Below are positions 9,986-19,317 of a DNA stretch of 64,000 nucleotides, in pieces. Position 1 is the stretch's first letter. Every line of letters begins with the position of its first letter. The notes beneath the pieces are model-generated. The model did no database searches and was not told the origin of the DNA. It worked only from the letters and a program-made list of their open reading frames with translations. The stretch spans positions 9,713-73,712 of the forward strand of contig PMNA01000023.1 in NCBI GenBank assembly GCA_003162055.1, in the 5' to 3' direction. This DNA is from Actinomycetota bacterium (GTDB lineage Bacteria; Actinomycetota; Thermoleophilia; Gaiellales; Gaiellaceae). The position numbers were made by a program, and so were the translations under genes.

Positions 9986-11014
9986 CTAGAGCGCAAGCGC
10001 GGCGGCCAGTGCGGGCGCGATCGCGCTTGGCGTGAAGGTCGCCAGCGCTCGCTCGCGCGCGCGGGCGCCGAGATCGGCCCGGATGTCGGGCGAGCGGAGC
10101 GAATCGAGCGCCGCCGCCAGCGCCTCCACGTCAGCCGGAGGAACGACGATGCCGCTGCCGCCGAGCGCCCAGCGGATGGGCTCAAGGTCGCTGCCTACCA
10201 CCGCCCGCCCGGCCATCATGGCGTCGATGATCTTCACGGGCAGTTGCCCGCGGCTGTAGGTCCAGTCCTGGGACGGAATCGCCACCACGTCTGCGCGATC
10301 GAGAATCCGGAGCCCTTCTTCCAGCGACGTCTCACCGCTCCAGTGCTCGTTCGGGCGCGCATCGGGCGGTTCCGTGCCGGTAATCGTCAACCGCATCCCG
10401 CCGGCGCGCTCGACGGCCTGGCGCAGGATCTCGACGCCCTTGTGCGGTCGGACCGAGCCGACGAAGGCGATCTCGATCTCTTCGGAACGCCGGTGCGGAG
10501 CGCCGGCCGCTCGCGCCGAGCGAGCGTGCGGGATCACAGTGGCGTTTGGGTACCAGCGCTCGAGGGCGGGGTTCGAGATCAGTACGGTGCCCAGGCGTGA
10601 CGCGGCAAAGTGCAGGCGGTACTCGTGCAGCGGCGGGTGTCCGCGCAGCGAGCGTTGCACGAAGGTCGCGACCTGACGACGCCGGCTCTCGCCGAATACG
10701 TCCTCCCAGTCGGGATCGTCGACATCGAGCGCAACGGGCTTGTGTTGCGCCCGACCAAGCTCGAGCGCCAGGTCGAGCGAGCCCGGCCAGGGCTTGAGCG
10801 CCAGCAGCAGGTCGCACCAGGCCGCGGCCGCGCGAGCGTCCGTTTCGAAGTCGCCCAAGAAGGACTTCTCCTGGGCCAGCGGCCACCACGGCTTGTCGGT
10901 CGCGGGCGCGACGATGCGAATCTCCCAGCCAAGCTCCTTGGCGACCAGCCAGAGGGCGAAGGCCCGCCCGAGCCCGTTCTCCTCGGCCGAGTGAGTAAAG
11001 AGAGCCAGCCGCAC
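9986..11014 (-). CDS. glycosyltransferase (GT-B fold, GT4/GT1-like)
   Basis: 342 aa with FVGSVRPHKGVEIL and PSQDWTYSRGQLPVKIIDAMMAGRAVVGSDLEP. Confidence 0.7.
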   Translation of the reverse strand: MRLALFTHSAEENGLGRAFALWLVAKELGWEIRIVAPATDKPWWPLAQEKSFLGDFETDARAAAAWCDLLLALKPWPGSLDLALELGRAQHKPVALDVDDPDWEDVFGESRRRQVATFVQRSLRGHPPLHEYRLHFAASRLGTVLISNPALERWYPNATVIPHARSARAAGAPHRRSEEIEIAFVGSVRPHKGVEILRQAVERAGGMRLTITGTEPPDARPNEHWSGETSLEEGLRILDRADVVAIPSQDWTYSRGQLPVKIIDAMMAGRAVVGSDLEPIRWALGGSGIVVPPADVEALAAALDSLRSPDIRADLGARARERALATFTPSAIAPALAAALAL

Positions 11015-11162
11015 GGTTAGCGCCTCACGAGAGATTGAGCGAGGCCGGCGTAACGCGCCTTGGAGGAGCCGGCGAATGCGGGGGCGAGTAGGGTGCCTGG
11101 CGAGAGATAGTCCACGTTACCGGTGCTAACTTAGCGCTCGCGCGTTCGGAGATCACGACCTC

Positions 11163-12227
11163 ATGCCGATCTACTTTCTCTGCACCGACGACGAAGTGCC
11201 CTTCGGAGGAATCCGAACCATCTACCGGCACGCCGCCATCCTGCGCCGGCACGGTCTCGACGCCTACGTCGTCCACGAGCACAGCGGCTTCCGTTACCGC
11301 TGGTGCGGGGACGAAGTGCCCGTGCTCGGCTGGTCGAGCAAGCGTTACCGGCGCAAGTCCTCGTCGCTGCCCGCGCGGATCGCGCGTCGCGTCCGCTCTC
11401 ACTACTGGCCGGGGCCGGTAGACCGGCCCTTCGCCCAGCTGAAGGGGCCGGCCAGCTTCTCGATCTCCGAGGACGATGTCGTGGTCGTGCCGGAGATCTA
11501 CGGCCCGCGGATCGCCGAGATCGCCCCGGGGGCGCCGAAGGTGATCTTCAACCAGGGCGCCTACAACACTTTCAACCTCTACCCGCCCGATCCGCGCGGC
11601 TTTCCGTTTCCCTACCGTGACCCCGAAGTCGTGGCGACGATCGTCCCCTCGCTGGACAGCGTTCGCTTCATGGAGCACGCCTTTCCCGGTGCCCGCGTCT
11701 TCCGCGTCCGTAACAGCATCGATACTGGGCTATTTCGACTCGAGAAGGGAAAAGCGCTGCAAATCTCCTACATGCCGCGCCGAAACTGCGAAGACGCGAG
11801 GCGCGTGCTGGCGATTCTCGCGGCTCGGAACGCGCTCGACGGCGTCGAGGTGGTCGCGATCGACGGCTTGCCGGCGGGGGAAGTCGCCGCCGTGCTGCGC
11901 AGGTCGGCCGTCTTCCTCACCCTCGGCTACCAGGAGGGCTTCGGGCTGCCCGGAGTCGAGGCGATGGCGTGTGGTGCGATCGTGGTCGGATTCGACGGCA
12001 ACGGCGGTCGTGAGTATCTCCTGCCCGAGCTCGCCTATCCCGTCCCCACCGCCGACGTGGTCGCGGTCGCGGCTGCCGTTGAGCAGGTGCTGGCCGATTT
12101 CCGCGAGCGGCCGGAGCTTGCGCGCGAGCGGGGGCGGCGAGCGTCGGAGTTCGTCAGGTCGGAGTATTCGCCCGAGGCCGAGGAAGAAGAGTTGCTCGCT
12201 ACCTGGAACGCCATCCTCGCCCGCTGA
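11163..12227 (+). CDS. glycosyltransferase (GT-B fold)
   Basis: 354 aa with MPIYFLCTDDEVPFGGIRTIYRH and YQEGFGLPGVEAMACGAIVVGFDGNGGREYL. Confidence 0.65.
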   Translation: MPIYFLCTDDEVPFGGIRTIYRHAAILRRHGLDAYVVHEHSGFRYRWCGDEVPVLGWSSKRYRRKSSSLPARIARRVRSHYWPGPVDRPFAQLKGPASFSISEDDVVVVPEIYGPRIAEIAPGAPKVIFNQGAYNTFNLYPPDPRGFPFPYRDPEVVATIVPSLDSVRFMEHAFPGARVFRVRNSIDTGLFRLEKGKALQISYMPRRNCEDARRVLAILAARNALDGVEVVAIDGLPAGEVAAVLRRSAVFLTLGYQEGFGLPGVEAMACGAIVVGFDGNGGREYLLPELAYPVPTADVVAVAAAVEQVLADFRERPELARERGRRASEFVRSEYSPEAEEEELLATWNAILAR

Positions 12228-12254
12228 TCGCTGCGGCCCTCGCGGACACGGAAG

Positions 12255-13010
12255 TTACGAAGGCGCTTCTCGGCGCCGGGCCTCGACGAACAGCCCGGTC
12301 GCCTCGCCCCAGCTGATGCCGTGTTGGGCCAACCCGGCGATCGCGACGGAGAACGGATACCAGGCGAGCCGGATTGGGCCGGGAGCGTGCTCCACGCGGT
12401 CGGCGATCTCACTGCCGAGTCGGGCCAGCGAGCGGCTGGTCGGCGTTGTGGCGACGTGCGTGAGACCCGCCTGCTCGAGCTTCGCCGTCAGCTCCTCGAG
12501 TGTGTAGCCGTGCCTGATCTCGCCCGGCCAGATCTTCCGCCCGCGAGCCGAGACGGGTCGCCAACCCTTGTCGGGAACGTGGGCGAGAAAGAGACCGCCC
12601 GGCTTGAGCGCGGCCGCCATCGAGCAGAGCGCGGCCTGGTCATCGGGAATGAGGGTCAGACATTCGAGCGCGAGCGCGGCATCGTAGATCTCCTCGCCGA
12701 GCGACCGGGTAAGGTCGCGCTCCAGCAGCTGGACGTTGTTCACGTTCGCACTGCGCAGCGATTCGGCCGCCTCTTCCAGCACCTGCTTGTCGTTGTCGGC
12801 GGCGTCGATCGACCAGTCGGGATGGCGGAGCCCGAGCCTTTCGGCCAGCAACGCCTCGGAGCAACCGGCGTCGAGCAGCCTGAGCCGACCGCCTCGCGCG
12901 TAGCGCTCGAGCGCGGTCGTCGCGAGGTTGAAGCGGATGCGCCGCGTAGGGCTGGGCAGACGGAGCCGGCGGCCGATTCGTCCGCGCAAGCCGATTCGAA
13001 TGGCCTTCAT
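12255..13010 (-). CDS. class I SAM-dependent methyltransferase
   Basis: 251 aa. Motif I reads LRLLDAGCSEALLAE, followed by an acidic loop (DAADND) and the post-I/II pattern ALKPGGLFLAHVP. ATGA overlap with the upstream gene at 13007-13010. Confidence 0.8.
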   Translation of the reverse strand: MKAIRIGLRGRIGRRLRLPSPTRRIRFNLATTALERYARGGRLRLLDAGCSEALLAERLGLRHPDWSIDAADNDKQVLEEAAESLRSANVNNVQLLERDLTRSLGEEIYDAALALECLTLIPDDQAALCSMAAALKPGGLFLAHVPDKGWRPVSARGRKIWPGEIRHGYTLEELTAKLEQAGLTHVATTPTSRSLARLGSEIADRVEHAPGPIRLAWYPFSVAIAGLAQHGISWGEATGLFVEARRREAPS

Positions 13011-14407
13011 CCGAGCAGTGTAAGTTCGTACGCTTTCCTGGCGCGACGCGACAGCAGGCGGTCGTTGTGCCAGAGCAGCGTGAATTCGCCCTCGAAGAGC
13101 CGGCAGCGTCGCTTGAGCTCGAGCAGCTGCGCGGTCGCTTGCTCCAGCGAGAGCCGGTGGTACTCGAGCAGCGACGCGTCCATGGCGATTAACGGGCTCT
13201 CCCTCAGCTTCAGGCTCCGGCGCGTCCGCAGATTGAAGACCGGATACTCGAAGCAGACGCCGCAGCGGAATCCCGCCCGGTCGGCGAAGGAGAGCGTCGA
13301 ATCGTAGGCGAGCCCCGCGTCTTCCCAGTTCTGCCAGGTGATCGGGTTCTCCCAGCGCAGGTAGTGCTGCCTGCCGCCGAAGGCCGGTTGGTCGATGTCC
13401 TCTTCTTCACAGGCTCGGCGCAGAGCCTGGAATTCGCGCAGCGTCTGTTCGCCGTCCCGGAATGTCCGGTAGCTCGGATGGAGACCGATCTCGTGACCTC
13501 GTTCGTGCAGCGAGCGCAGCAGGCCGCGAATCCAGGGATCGTCGACCGAGTAGGAGCCGTCGATCGCACCGGCCGTCTGAGCGGTGATGAAGTTGAAGGC
13601 GCTGCGCGTGCCGGCCCGCTCGTCCGCATCCATGATGTACGCGAAGCTGTTGTAGAGATCCCGCTCGGGCGAGCGGGAGCGCAGCCCCAGCGATCCGAGC
13701 AGCCGTCGTGTCGCCAGCCAGGGAGCGTGCTCGCGCCGGAGCGCGCGAAGAGCGAGTCGGAACGACTCTTCCCGGCCGATGCGAAACAGAGGGAAGTCGA
13801 CGTCGTGGCTCAGTCGCAACCGGAACTCGTGCTTCGCGCGCGGCAGCCGCGGCCAGAGCCGCGAGAGCGCCCAGCGCAGGATCTCCAGGTACTCGTTGAC
13901 GATCGGGCGATCGAGAAAGCCTTCGGACTGGGCGAGGGAGGCGGCGGCGGGGAAGCGGTCGTACTCGTCTCTGACGGCGCTGACGAGCTCTTCGTAGCGG
14001 CTGAGCATGAAGAACGCGCTCCCGAGCACGTCGAGCCCGAGCTCTATCTCGCCCTCCCGCTCGCAGAGGAATGAGCCGTCGGGCAGCGGAGAGCCGTAGA
14101 TCACCGGGAGCGAGTCGCTGACGGTCACGGCCTCGACGGCAGTCGCGGCGAGCGCCAGCCTCGGCAGAGGACGTGAAGGAAGCGATGCCGCGCTCAGCCA
14201 CTCGTCCGCGGGGGTTTGGAAGAGAGTGTCCGCCAGCACGATGCGCGAAGGCGAAGAGCCGTCGGCAACCGTGATCTCCACGTCGGAGCGGTCTTCGCTC
14301 GAGCTGTCGTAATCGAGGCCCAGGAACTCCCGGAAAATAACGTCGCAGATGTAGCGGCGCTCGGGCTCGTAGCCGGGCGGGTGACGGATGAGGAGGGTTG
14401 CGCTCAC
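13007..14407 (-). CDS. polysaccharide deacetylase-like protein (divergent CE4/NodB-type) with an extra N-terminal domain
   Basis: The ORF is open to 14503. I prefer the GTG at 14407, which forms a GTGA overlap with the stop of the upstream deacetylase and begins VSATLLIRHPPGYEPERRYICD. It has RLSHDVDFPLF where the NodB motif 1 would be, and GHEIGLHPSY (His-containing motif). Confidence 0.5.
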   Translation of the reverse strand: MSATLLIRHPPGYEPERRYICDVIFREFLGLDYDSSSEDRSDVEITVADGSSPSRIVLADTLFQTPADEWLSAASLPSRPLPRLALAATAVEAVTVSDSLPVIYGSPLPDGSFLCEREGEIELGLDVLGSAFFMLSRYEELVSAVRDEYDRFPAAASLAQSEGFLDRPIVNEYLEILRWALSRLWPRLPRAKHEFRLRLSHDVDFPLFRIGREESFRLALRALRREHAPWLATRRLLGSLGLRSRSPERDLYNSFAYIMDADERAGTRSAFNFITAQTAGAIDGSYSVDDPWIRGLLRSLHERGHEIGLHPSYRTFRDGEQTLREFQALRRACEEEDIDQPAFGGRQHYLRWENPITWQNWEDAGLAYDSTLSFADRAGFRCGVCFEYPVFNLRTRRSLKLRESPLIAMDASLLEYHRLSLEQATAQLLELKRRCRLFEGEFTLLWHNDRLLSRRARKAYELTLLG

Positions 14408-15765
14408 CCGCGCCGACCTTTGCGGCGCCGGGATCTTGCCTCTCGAGCGACCAGTCGGCGCTCCCACCTCGCGGGCAGCGCCTCTCCGCTGATCACCTTC
14501 CACAAAAAGGACGGCACGCTATTGCGGGATTGGATGCTGATTCGGCGTAGGCACCAACGGTCGCTGCCGGCTCCGTTGCGACCGGCGTTGGTCGTGTACG
14601 CGGCCTGGTATCCGGCCGCGATCGTCGCCTCGCGCGCCGCCTCGTCGCAGCGGCCGTATGGATAGGCCAGCACCGGGATGGCCCGGGGTAGCGAGCGCTC
14701 GAGGTCTCGCAGCGAGCCGTCGATCTCTTCGCTCAGCTCGTCCGGGCCGAGCCCCGCCAGCGCGACGTGATGACGAGTATGCGAGCCGACGGCAACGCCC
14801 GCGGCGCCGGCCCTGTCGAGCATCTTCCAGTCGGCGAGTGGCGCCTGGTCGGGAGGTCGTGGCGCTCCGTCGACCAGTGCCGTCAGAGCGAAGACCTGCG
14901 GTTGTAGACGCGCGTTTCTCTCCAGGCAGGCGACCGCGTCCAGGTAAGCGTCGTCTGCGGTCACGACGAAGCGGCGCCTGGGAAGAACTGCGGCTGGATC
15001 GCTGTGGAAGGCGAGCAACTCGGAGGGGGAGAGGGGGTGGAAGCGAAGCAGGCGCAACGCTCGCATCTGGCGCTCGAACTGTCCGGGCGCGATGTCCAGC
15101 TCTCTCTCGCTCTCTTTGCCCTTCCCCGCGAGGCGGTGGTAGCAGAGCACGACGTAGGAGCTGCGAGTGAGCCGCCGCCACTCTTGCGCGCTCGTCCCGC
15201 GTCGTACCCCGGCCCAGAACCAGGCGTCCGCGGCCATTCGTAGCGAGCCCGGCCCTGGCAAGAGAGCTCGCAGGCAGCTTGCGAGCCGGGGGATGCGCCT
15301 GAGCGCACGCCGAGCGAGACGGCCCCGCCATCCCGCCTCGAACCAGGCGCCGATCTGCATCTCGCTGACGAGCGAGGGATCGGCCCGGACGATCGCCGCC
15401 GACGACCGGCCGCGCGAGTAGCAAAGCGACTCGAGCTGGCGCGCCGAGTGAAGAGCCACGGGCTCTTCCCGCTCCAATCGAGCCCCCTTGCGTCGAAGCC
15501 GTACCGCCAGAGCTTCCGCCCGCGCTTCGCCGGCGGGCAGATCGGCGACCAGCTCTTCCACCCCATTGGAGGAAGCCGAGATATTCGCAACGATGAAGTC
15601 GAAGGGACGAATCAGCGCCCGCAGGTACTCGCCGGGGAAATGGCGCTCGCGATCGAGCAGCGCGCCCAGCGCCGTTCCGGGCGGTCCCGACACGCTCCGG
15701 ACGAGGATCGGCGTCACGGCAAGCTCGGACGAGTCTGATCGGGAGTGGCGATCGGGCCGGCTCAT
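14404..15765 (-). CDS. polysaccharide deacetylase (CE4/NodB family)
   Basis: 453 aa with VVLCYHRL, FVVTADDAYLD (NodB motif 1 variant), VGSHTRHHVAL (His-His motif) and LAYPYG. Confidence 0.75.
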   Translation of the reverse strand: MSRPDRHSRSDSSELAVTPILVRSVSGPPGTALGALLDRERHFPGEYLRALIRPFDFIVANISASSNGVEELVADLPAGEARAEALAVRLRRKGARLEREEPVALHSARQLESLCYSRGRSSAAIVRADPSLVSEMQIGAWFEAGWRGRLARRALRRIPRLASCLRALLPGPGSLRMAADAWFWAGVRRGTSAQEWRRLTRSSYVVLCYHRLAGKGKESERELDIAPGQFERQMRALRLLRFHPLSPSELLAFHSDPAAVLPRRRFVVTADDAYLDAVACLERNARLQPQVFALTALVDGAPRPPDQAPLADWKMLDRAGAAGVAVGSHTRHHVALAGLGPDELSEEIDGSLRDLERSLPRAIPVLAYPYGRCDEAAREATIAAGYQAAYTTNAGRNGAGSDRWCLRRISIQSRNSVPSFLWKVISGEALPARWERRLVAREARSRRRKGRRG

Positions 15766-16832
15766 CCGGGTTGTCTCCCCTGCCCCTCCGAGGGCGGAGG
15801 ATCGCCCGCAGCTTCTCTGCGGATGCGCACTCCGCCGGCTCCGACCCAGCTCTCGCGTTGCCCTCGGCGCAGAAGGGAAGCCGCAAGATGCGGCAAGAGC
15901 GCCGCGGCGAACGCCTTTACGCGCGTCTTCGGTGGGAACCGGCCGTCTCTCGCGATCGCCAGCGCCCGCCCGCGAGCGCCGGGGGTGCCCTCGACCAGAG
16001 CCAGCTCCGCTTCGCCGGCCGTGACATCGCGGCGACAGCGAGCCAGATTTCTCCTGACGACCTCACGCTCGGCGTCTGTCAGCGCCGGGCTGAGGATAGT
16101 TCTCCCGAGGGTCATGACCTTGCCGCGCGACTGATTCAGACGCTGCGACGACAGGCTTCGCTCCCACAGCCGGTAGGTGGCGAGAGGCTCGTTTACCAGG
16201 CCGATTCGTGAGCCGCCCAGGATCATCCTGATCCACAGCTCCCAATCGCTCGTCCAGCGAATGCTCTCGTCGAAGCCGCCGATCTCGACCAGACGCTGCC
16301 TGAGAGCGGTGGCGTGGCCGAAGACGAAGTTCCGTTCGAGAATCTCGGCTCGCTGATCCTCACTGACGAACGGGTTCGTCTCGTCGTAGAAACGGCGAAA
16401 GGGCGTGTTGCCGACCGCGACATAGGCGTCGGTCGTGAGAATGTCGAGGTCGGGGCGAGAGACGGCAAGCGCAGTCAGCGCCTCGAGACGCCGAGGCGAG
16501 AAAACGTCGTCGGCACCGATGAACACGACGTAGTCGCCCGAAGCCGCGTCGATGCCGGTATTCATTGCCGCCGCGGCGCCGCGATGTGGCTGCCTCAGGT
16601 ACGCAACCCGGTCGCCGAAGCGCCGAACGGTGCTCTCCAGGCCGTCGCTCGAGCCGTCGTCGACGACGATGATCTCGAAGGGCGGGGTGGATTGCGCGAG
16701 GATCGACTCGATGCCGTCGCCGATCAGGTCGGCCACCTGGTATGCCGCGACGACGACCGTGAACCTCGGCGCCACGACGCGAGTCTTGACGGGCCCTGTC
16801 GGCTCGGGCGCGACTATCGGCCAGACGGTCAC
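15762..16832 (-). CDS. glycosyltransferase family 2
   Basis: 356 aa with FTVVVAAYQVADLIGDGIESILAQSTPPFEIIVVDDGSSDG, AAAAMNTGI and FIGADDVF (the DxD-type motif). Confidence 0.85.
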   Translation of the reverse strand: MTVWPIVAPEPTGPVKTRVVAPRFTVVVAAYQVADLIGDGIESILAQSTPPFEIIVVDDGSSDGLESTVRRFGDRVAYLRQPHRGAAAAMNTGIDAASGDYVVFIGADDVFSPRRLEALTALAVSRPDLDILTTDAYVAVGNTPFRRFYDETNPFVSEDQRAEILERNFVFGHATALRQRLVEIGGFDESIRWTSDWELWIRMILGGSRIGLVNEPLATYRLWERSLSSQRLNQSRGKVMTLGRTILSPALTDAEREVVRRNLARCRRDVTAGEAELALVEGTPGARGRALAIARDGRFPPKTRVKAFAAALLPHLAASLLRRGQRESWVGAGGVRIRREAAGDPPPSEGQGRQPG

Positions 16833-17048
16833 AAAACGTCCTCCCGGTGATCGAGCGCAGGGTCGGCGGAGGCAGATTCCGCGGGCGAGAGAACGGCGGG
16901 ATCGGTGGGAGAGATCATTCGTAGTTGAGACTGAAGCAGGTTCGCTCGGATTGCGCGAGGAGACGAGGAAGCATTATCGCCCGTGCGCGCCGTCACACCT
17001 CTTGCTGTAGGTACCCTGATCCTGGTGGGGGGATTTGGCGGCGGATTG

Positions 17049-18038
17049 ATGACGCGTCTATGGCGCGTCTTGCGACCGGTGGTGTCGGCGCGCGGCGCGC
17101 GGCGTCTTGCGCTTGTCGGCTTGGCGCTCGTCGCGGTTGTCGCCGGCGCGAGCAGTGCCCAGGCGAGCTCGAAAACGGAGGCGAATTTCGGCCTTTACTG
17201 CGGGGCGCGTAACCCCGCCGGTGTGCTCCGTTTCCAGCGCTGGCTGGGCCAGCCCGTCAGCTACGCGGCCGATTTCATAACCGCCGATAACTGGCGCACG
17301 ATCGAGCGGCCGCATGGACTGAAGCGCTGGGACGCCAAGTCTGATCGCTTCCGGCTCGTCTACGGAGTGCCGCTGATTCCTTACTCGGGCGGATCGCTCG
17401 CCGCAGGCGCCAGCGGCGCTTACAACATCCATTTCCGGCGTCTCGCCCGTGCGCTTCGGAAGGCCGGGCAGGGGAACGCCATACTCAGGCTGGGCTGGGA
17501 GTTTTCGGGCGGCTGGTACCCGTGGTCGGTCGGCTCCAACTCCCAGGCGCGAACCTTCGCCCGCTACTGGAGGCAGATCGTCACGACGATGCGCGCCGTC
17601 AGCCCTCAGCTTCAGTTCGACTGGAATCCGGCGCGCGGCTGGAAGCCGTTCAGGATCGCGCTGGCCTATCCCGGAAACTCCTACGTGGACTTCATCGGGT
17701 ACGACGTGTACGACCAGGGCTGGCAGTCGAACTACACCGACCCCGTGGCCCGCTGGAAGGACACGGTGCACGGTGCGGGCGGGCTGATCTGGCAACGAAG
17801 CTTCGCGCGGGCCAGAAAGAAGCCGATGTCCTATCCCGAGTGGGGCCTGGCCTGGCGCGAAGACGGGCACGGCGGCGGTGACGATCCCTACTTCGTCGAG
17901 CAGATGCACAACTGGATCGCCTCCAACAACGTCGCGTATCACGTCTACTTCGACTTCGACGCGCTCGACGGCGCGCACGCGCTCCTGACCGGCCGCTTTC
18001 CGACGGCGGCAGCGGCGCTACACTCGGATTTCGACTGA
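17049..18038 (+). CDS. secreted glycoside hydrolase, GH26-like (mannanase-type fold)
   Basis: The ORF is open from 16983. I prefer the ATG at 17049 (MTRLWRVLRPVVSARGARRLALVGLALVAVVAGASSAQA, a signal peptide that may be Tat-type). The core reads ILRLGWEFSGGWYPW...YVDFIGYDVYD...PEWGL. It is a paralogue of 20930-22255. Confidence 0.6.
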   Translation: MTRLWRVLRPVVSARGARRLALVGLALVAVVAGASSAQASSKTEANFGLYCGARNPAGVLRFQRWLGQPVSYAADFITADNWRTIERPHGLKRWDAKSDRFRLVYGVPLIPYSGGSLAAGASGAYNIHFRRLARALRKAGQGNAILRLGWEFSGGWYPWSVGSNSQARTFARYWRQIVTTMRAVSPQLQFDWNPARGWKPFRIALAYPGNSYVDFIGYDVYDQGWQSNYTDPVARWKDTVHGAGGLIWQRSFARARKKPMSYPEWGLAWREDGHGGGDDPYFVEQMHNWIASNNVAYHVYFDFDALDGAHALLTGRFPTAAAALHSDFD

Positions 18039-18081
18039 ATCGCGGCGACGACCGCCGCGCCGTCCTCCTAAACTGGGGCCC

Positions 18082-19317
18082 GTGAGCCTCTCTCGCCCAG
18101 AGACGGGATCGATCGTGCGCGTTGCCTTTCTCACCCACACGCCGCCGCTACCGCCGGTCAGCGGCGAGCGCATCCGCAACTGGAGCCTGATGCGCGAGCT
18201 GGCCAGGCGCGGCTGGGAGGTGTCGCTCTTCAGTCTCCTGCAGAGCGAGAAGGCGCCCTCGGCCGCCGACCGGGCCAGGCTCGAGGAGATTTGCGAGGAA
18301 GTCGTGCTCGAGCCGCTTGAGGTCTCGTCGTTCGGGCGCAAAGCCCGGGTCGCGAAGGATCTACTGCTGGGCCGCGCCTTTCAATCGAGCTTCTTCTACT
18401 CGCGCGACTGCGCGCGTGCTTGCCGGCGCTGGCTCGGCAAGCACGCGTTCGACGTCGTCGTGATCGAGACGCACTACATGGTTCCTTACGTGCCGTCCGA
18501 GCTCCTCGCGCGGTCGGTTTTCGACTCCCACAACTCCGAGCTGCGCCGCATCTCGACCATGGCCTCGACACTGGGCTTCTCGGCCCGCGGCCTCGCCGCT
18601 CGACTGCAGCGCGGGGCCGTAGTCCGCTTCGAGCGCAGAATCGTGGCCCACGCGGCGCGGACACTGGCCGTGTCCGAAGAGGAGGTCGCGACTCTGGAGC
18701 CTTTTGCCCCCGGCCGCATCGATCTCGTTCCGAACGGCGTCGATTGCGAGACTCTCCGGCCGCGCTCGACCGTGCCCGGCACGGCGGAGATCCTCTTCCT
18801 CGGCAGTCTCGACTACAGCGCGAACGTCGATGCGCTCGCCTATTTCGTCGACTCCGTCGCGCCTCTCATCCGGCGCGGCAACGCGACGTTCTCGGTCGTC
18901 GGCAGTCATCCTCGCGACGAGGTCTACGAGATCGGCAGGCGCAGCAAGCTGAAGATGACGGTGAGCGGGAACGTGCTCGACACGACTCCGTACTGGGAGC
19001 GAGCCCGAGCGCTCGTCGTGCCGCTTCGCGTCGGCGGTGGCACGCGTCTCAAGATCCTGGAGGCGCTTGCCCGCGGCGTTCCGGTCGTGACGACGAGTCT
19101 CGGCTGCGAGGGGCTCGGCCTGCGCTCCGAGCACGAGGTGCTCGTTGCCGACGACGCCGAATCATTCGCCGCCTGTGTCGATCGCCTCCTCTCGGACGAC
19201 GAGCTCTGCCGCTCGCTCGCGGCGCGGGGGCGCGCGGTCGTCGAGGCGCGATTCGACTGGCGTAATATCGGGGACGTCTTCGAGAGTTCCCTATCCTGGG
19301 TGATCCGCAGCGCATGA
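18082..19317 (+). CDS. glycosyltransferase, GT4-like
   Basis: 411 aa with RVAFLTHTPPLPPVSGERIR, FLGSLDYSANVDAL and PLRVGGGTRLKILEALARGVPVVTTSLGCEGL. Confidence 0.8.
   Translation: MSLSRPETGSIVRVAFLTHTPPLPPVSGERIRNWSLMRELARRGWEVSLFSLLQSEKAPSAADRARLEEICEEVVLEPLEVSSFGRKARVAKDLLLGRAFQSSFFYSRDCARACRRWLGKHAFDVVVIETHYMVPYVPSELLARSVFDSHNSELRRISTMASTLGFSARGLAARLQRGAVVRFERRIVAHAARTLAVSEEEVATLEPFAPGRIDLVPNGVDCETLRPRSTVPGTAEILFLGSLDYSANVDALAYFVDSVAPLIRRGNATFSVVGSHPRDEVYEIGRRSKLKMTVSGNVLDTTPYWERARALVVPLRVGGGTRLKILEALARGVPVVTTSLGCEGLGLRSEHEVLVADDAESFAACVDRLLSDDELCRSLAARGRAVVEARFDWRNIGDVFESSLSWVIRSA

Noticed and set aside
14519-15886. A 455-aa minus-strand ORF overlaps the CE4 deacetylase gene in another frame.
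   Set aside because: Its composition is Arg/Gly/Ala/Pro-dominated with no recognisable motif. This is the typical shadow ORF produced by third-position GC bias. The overlapping frame has clear NodB motifs.
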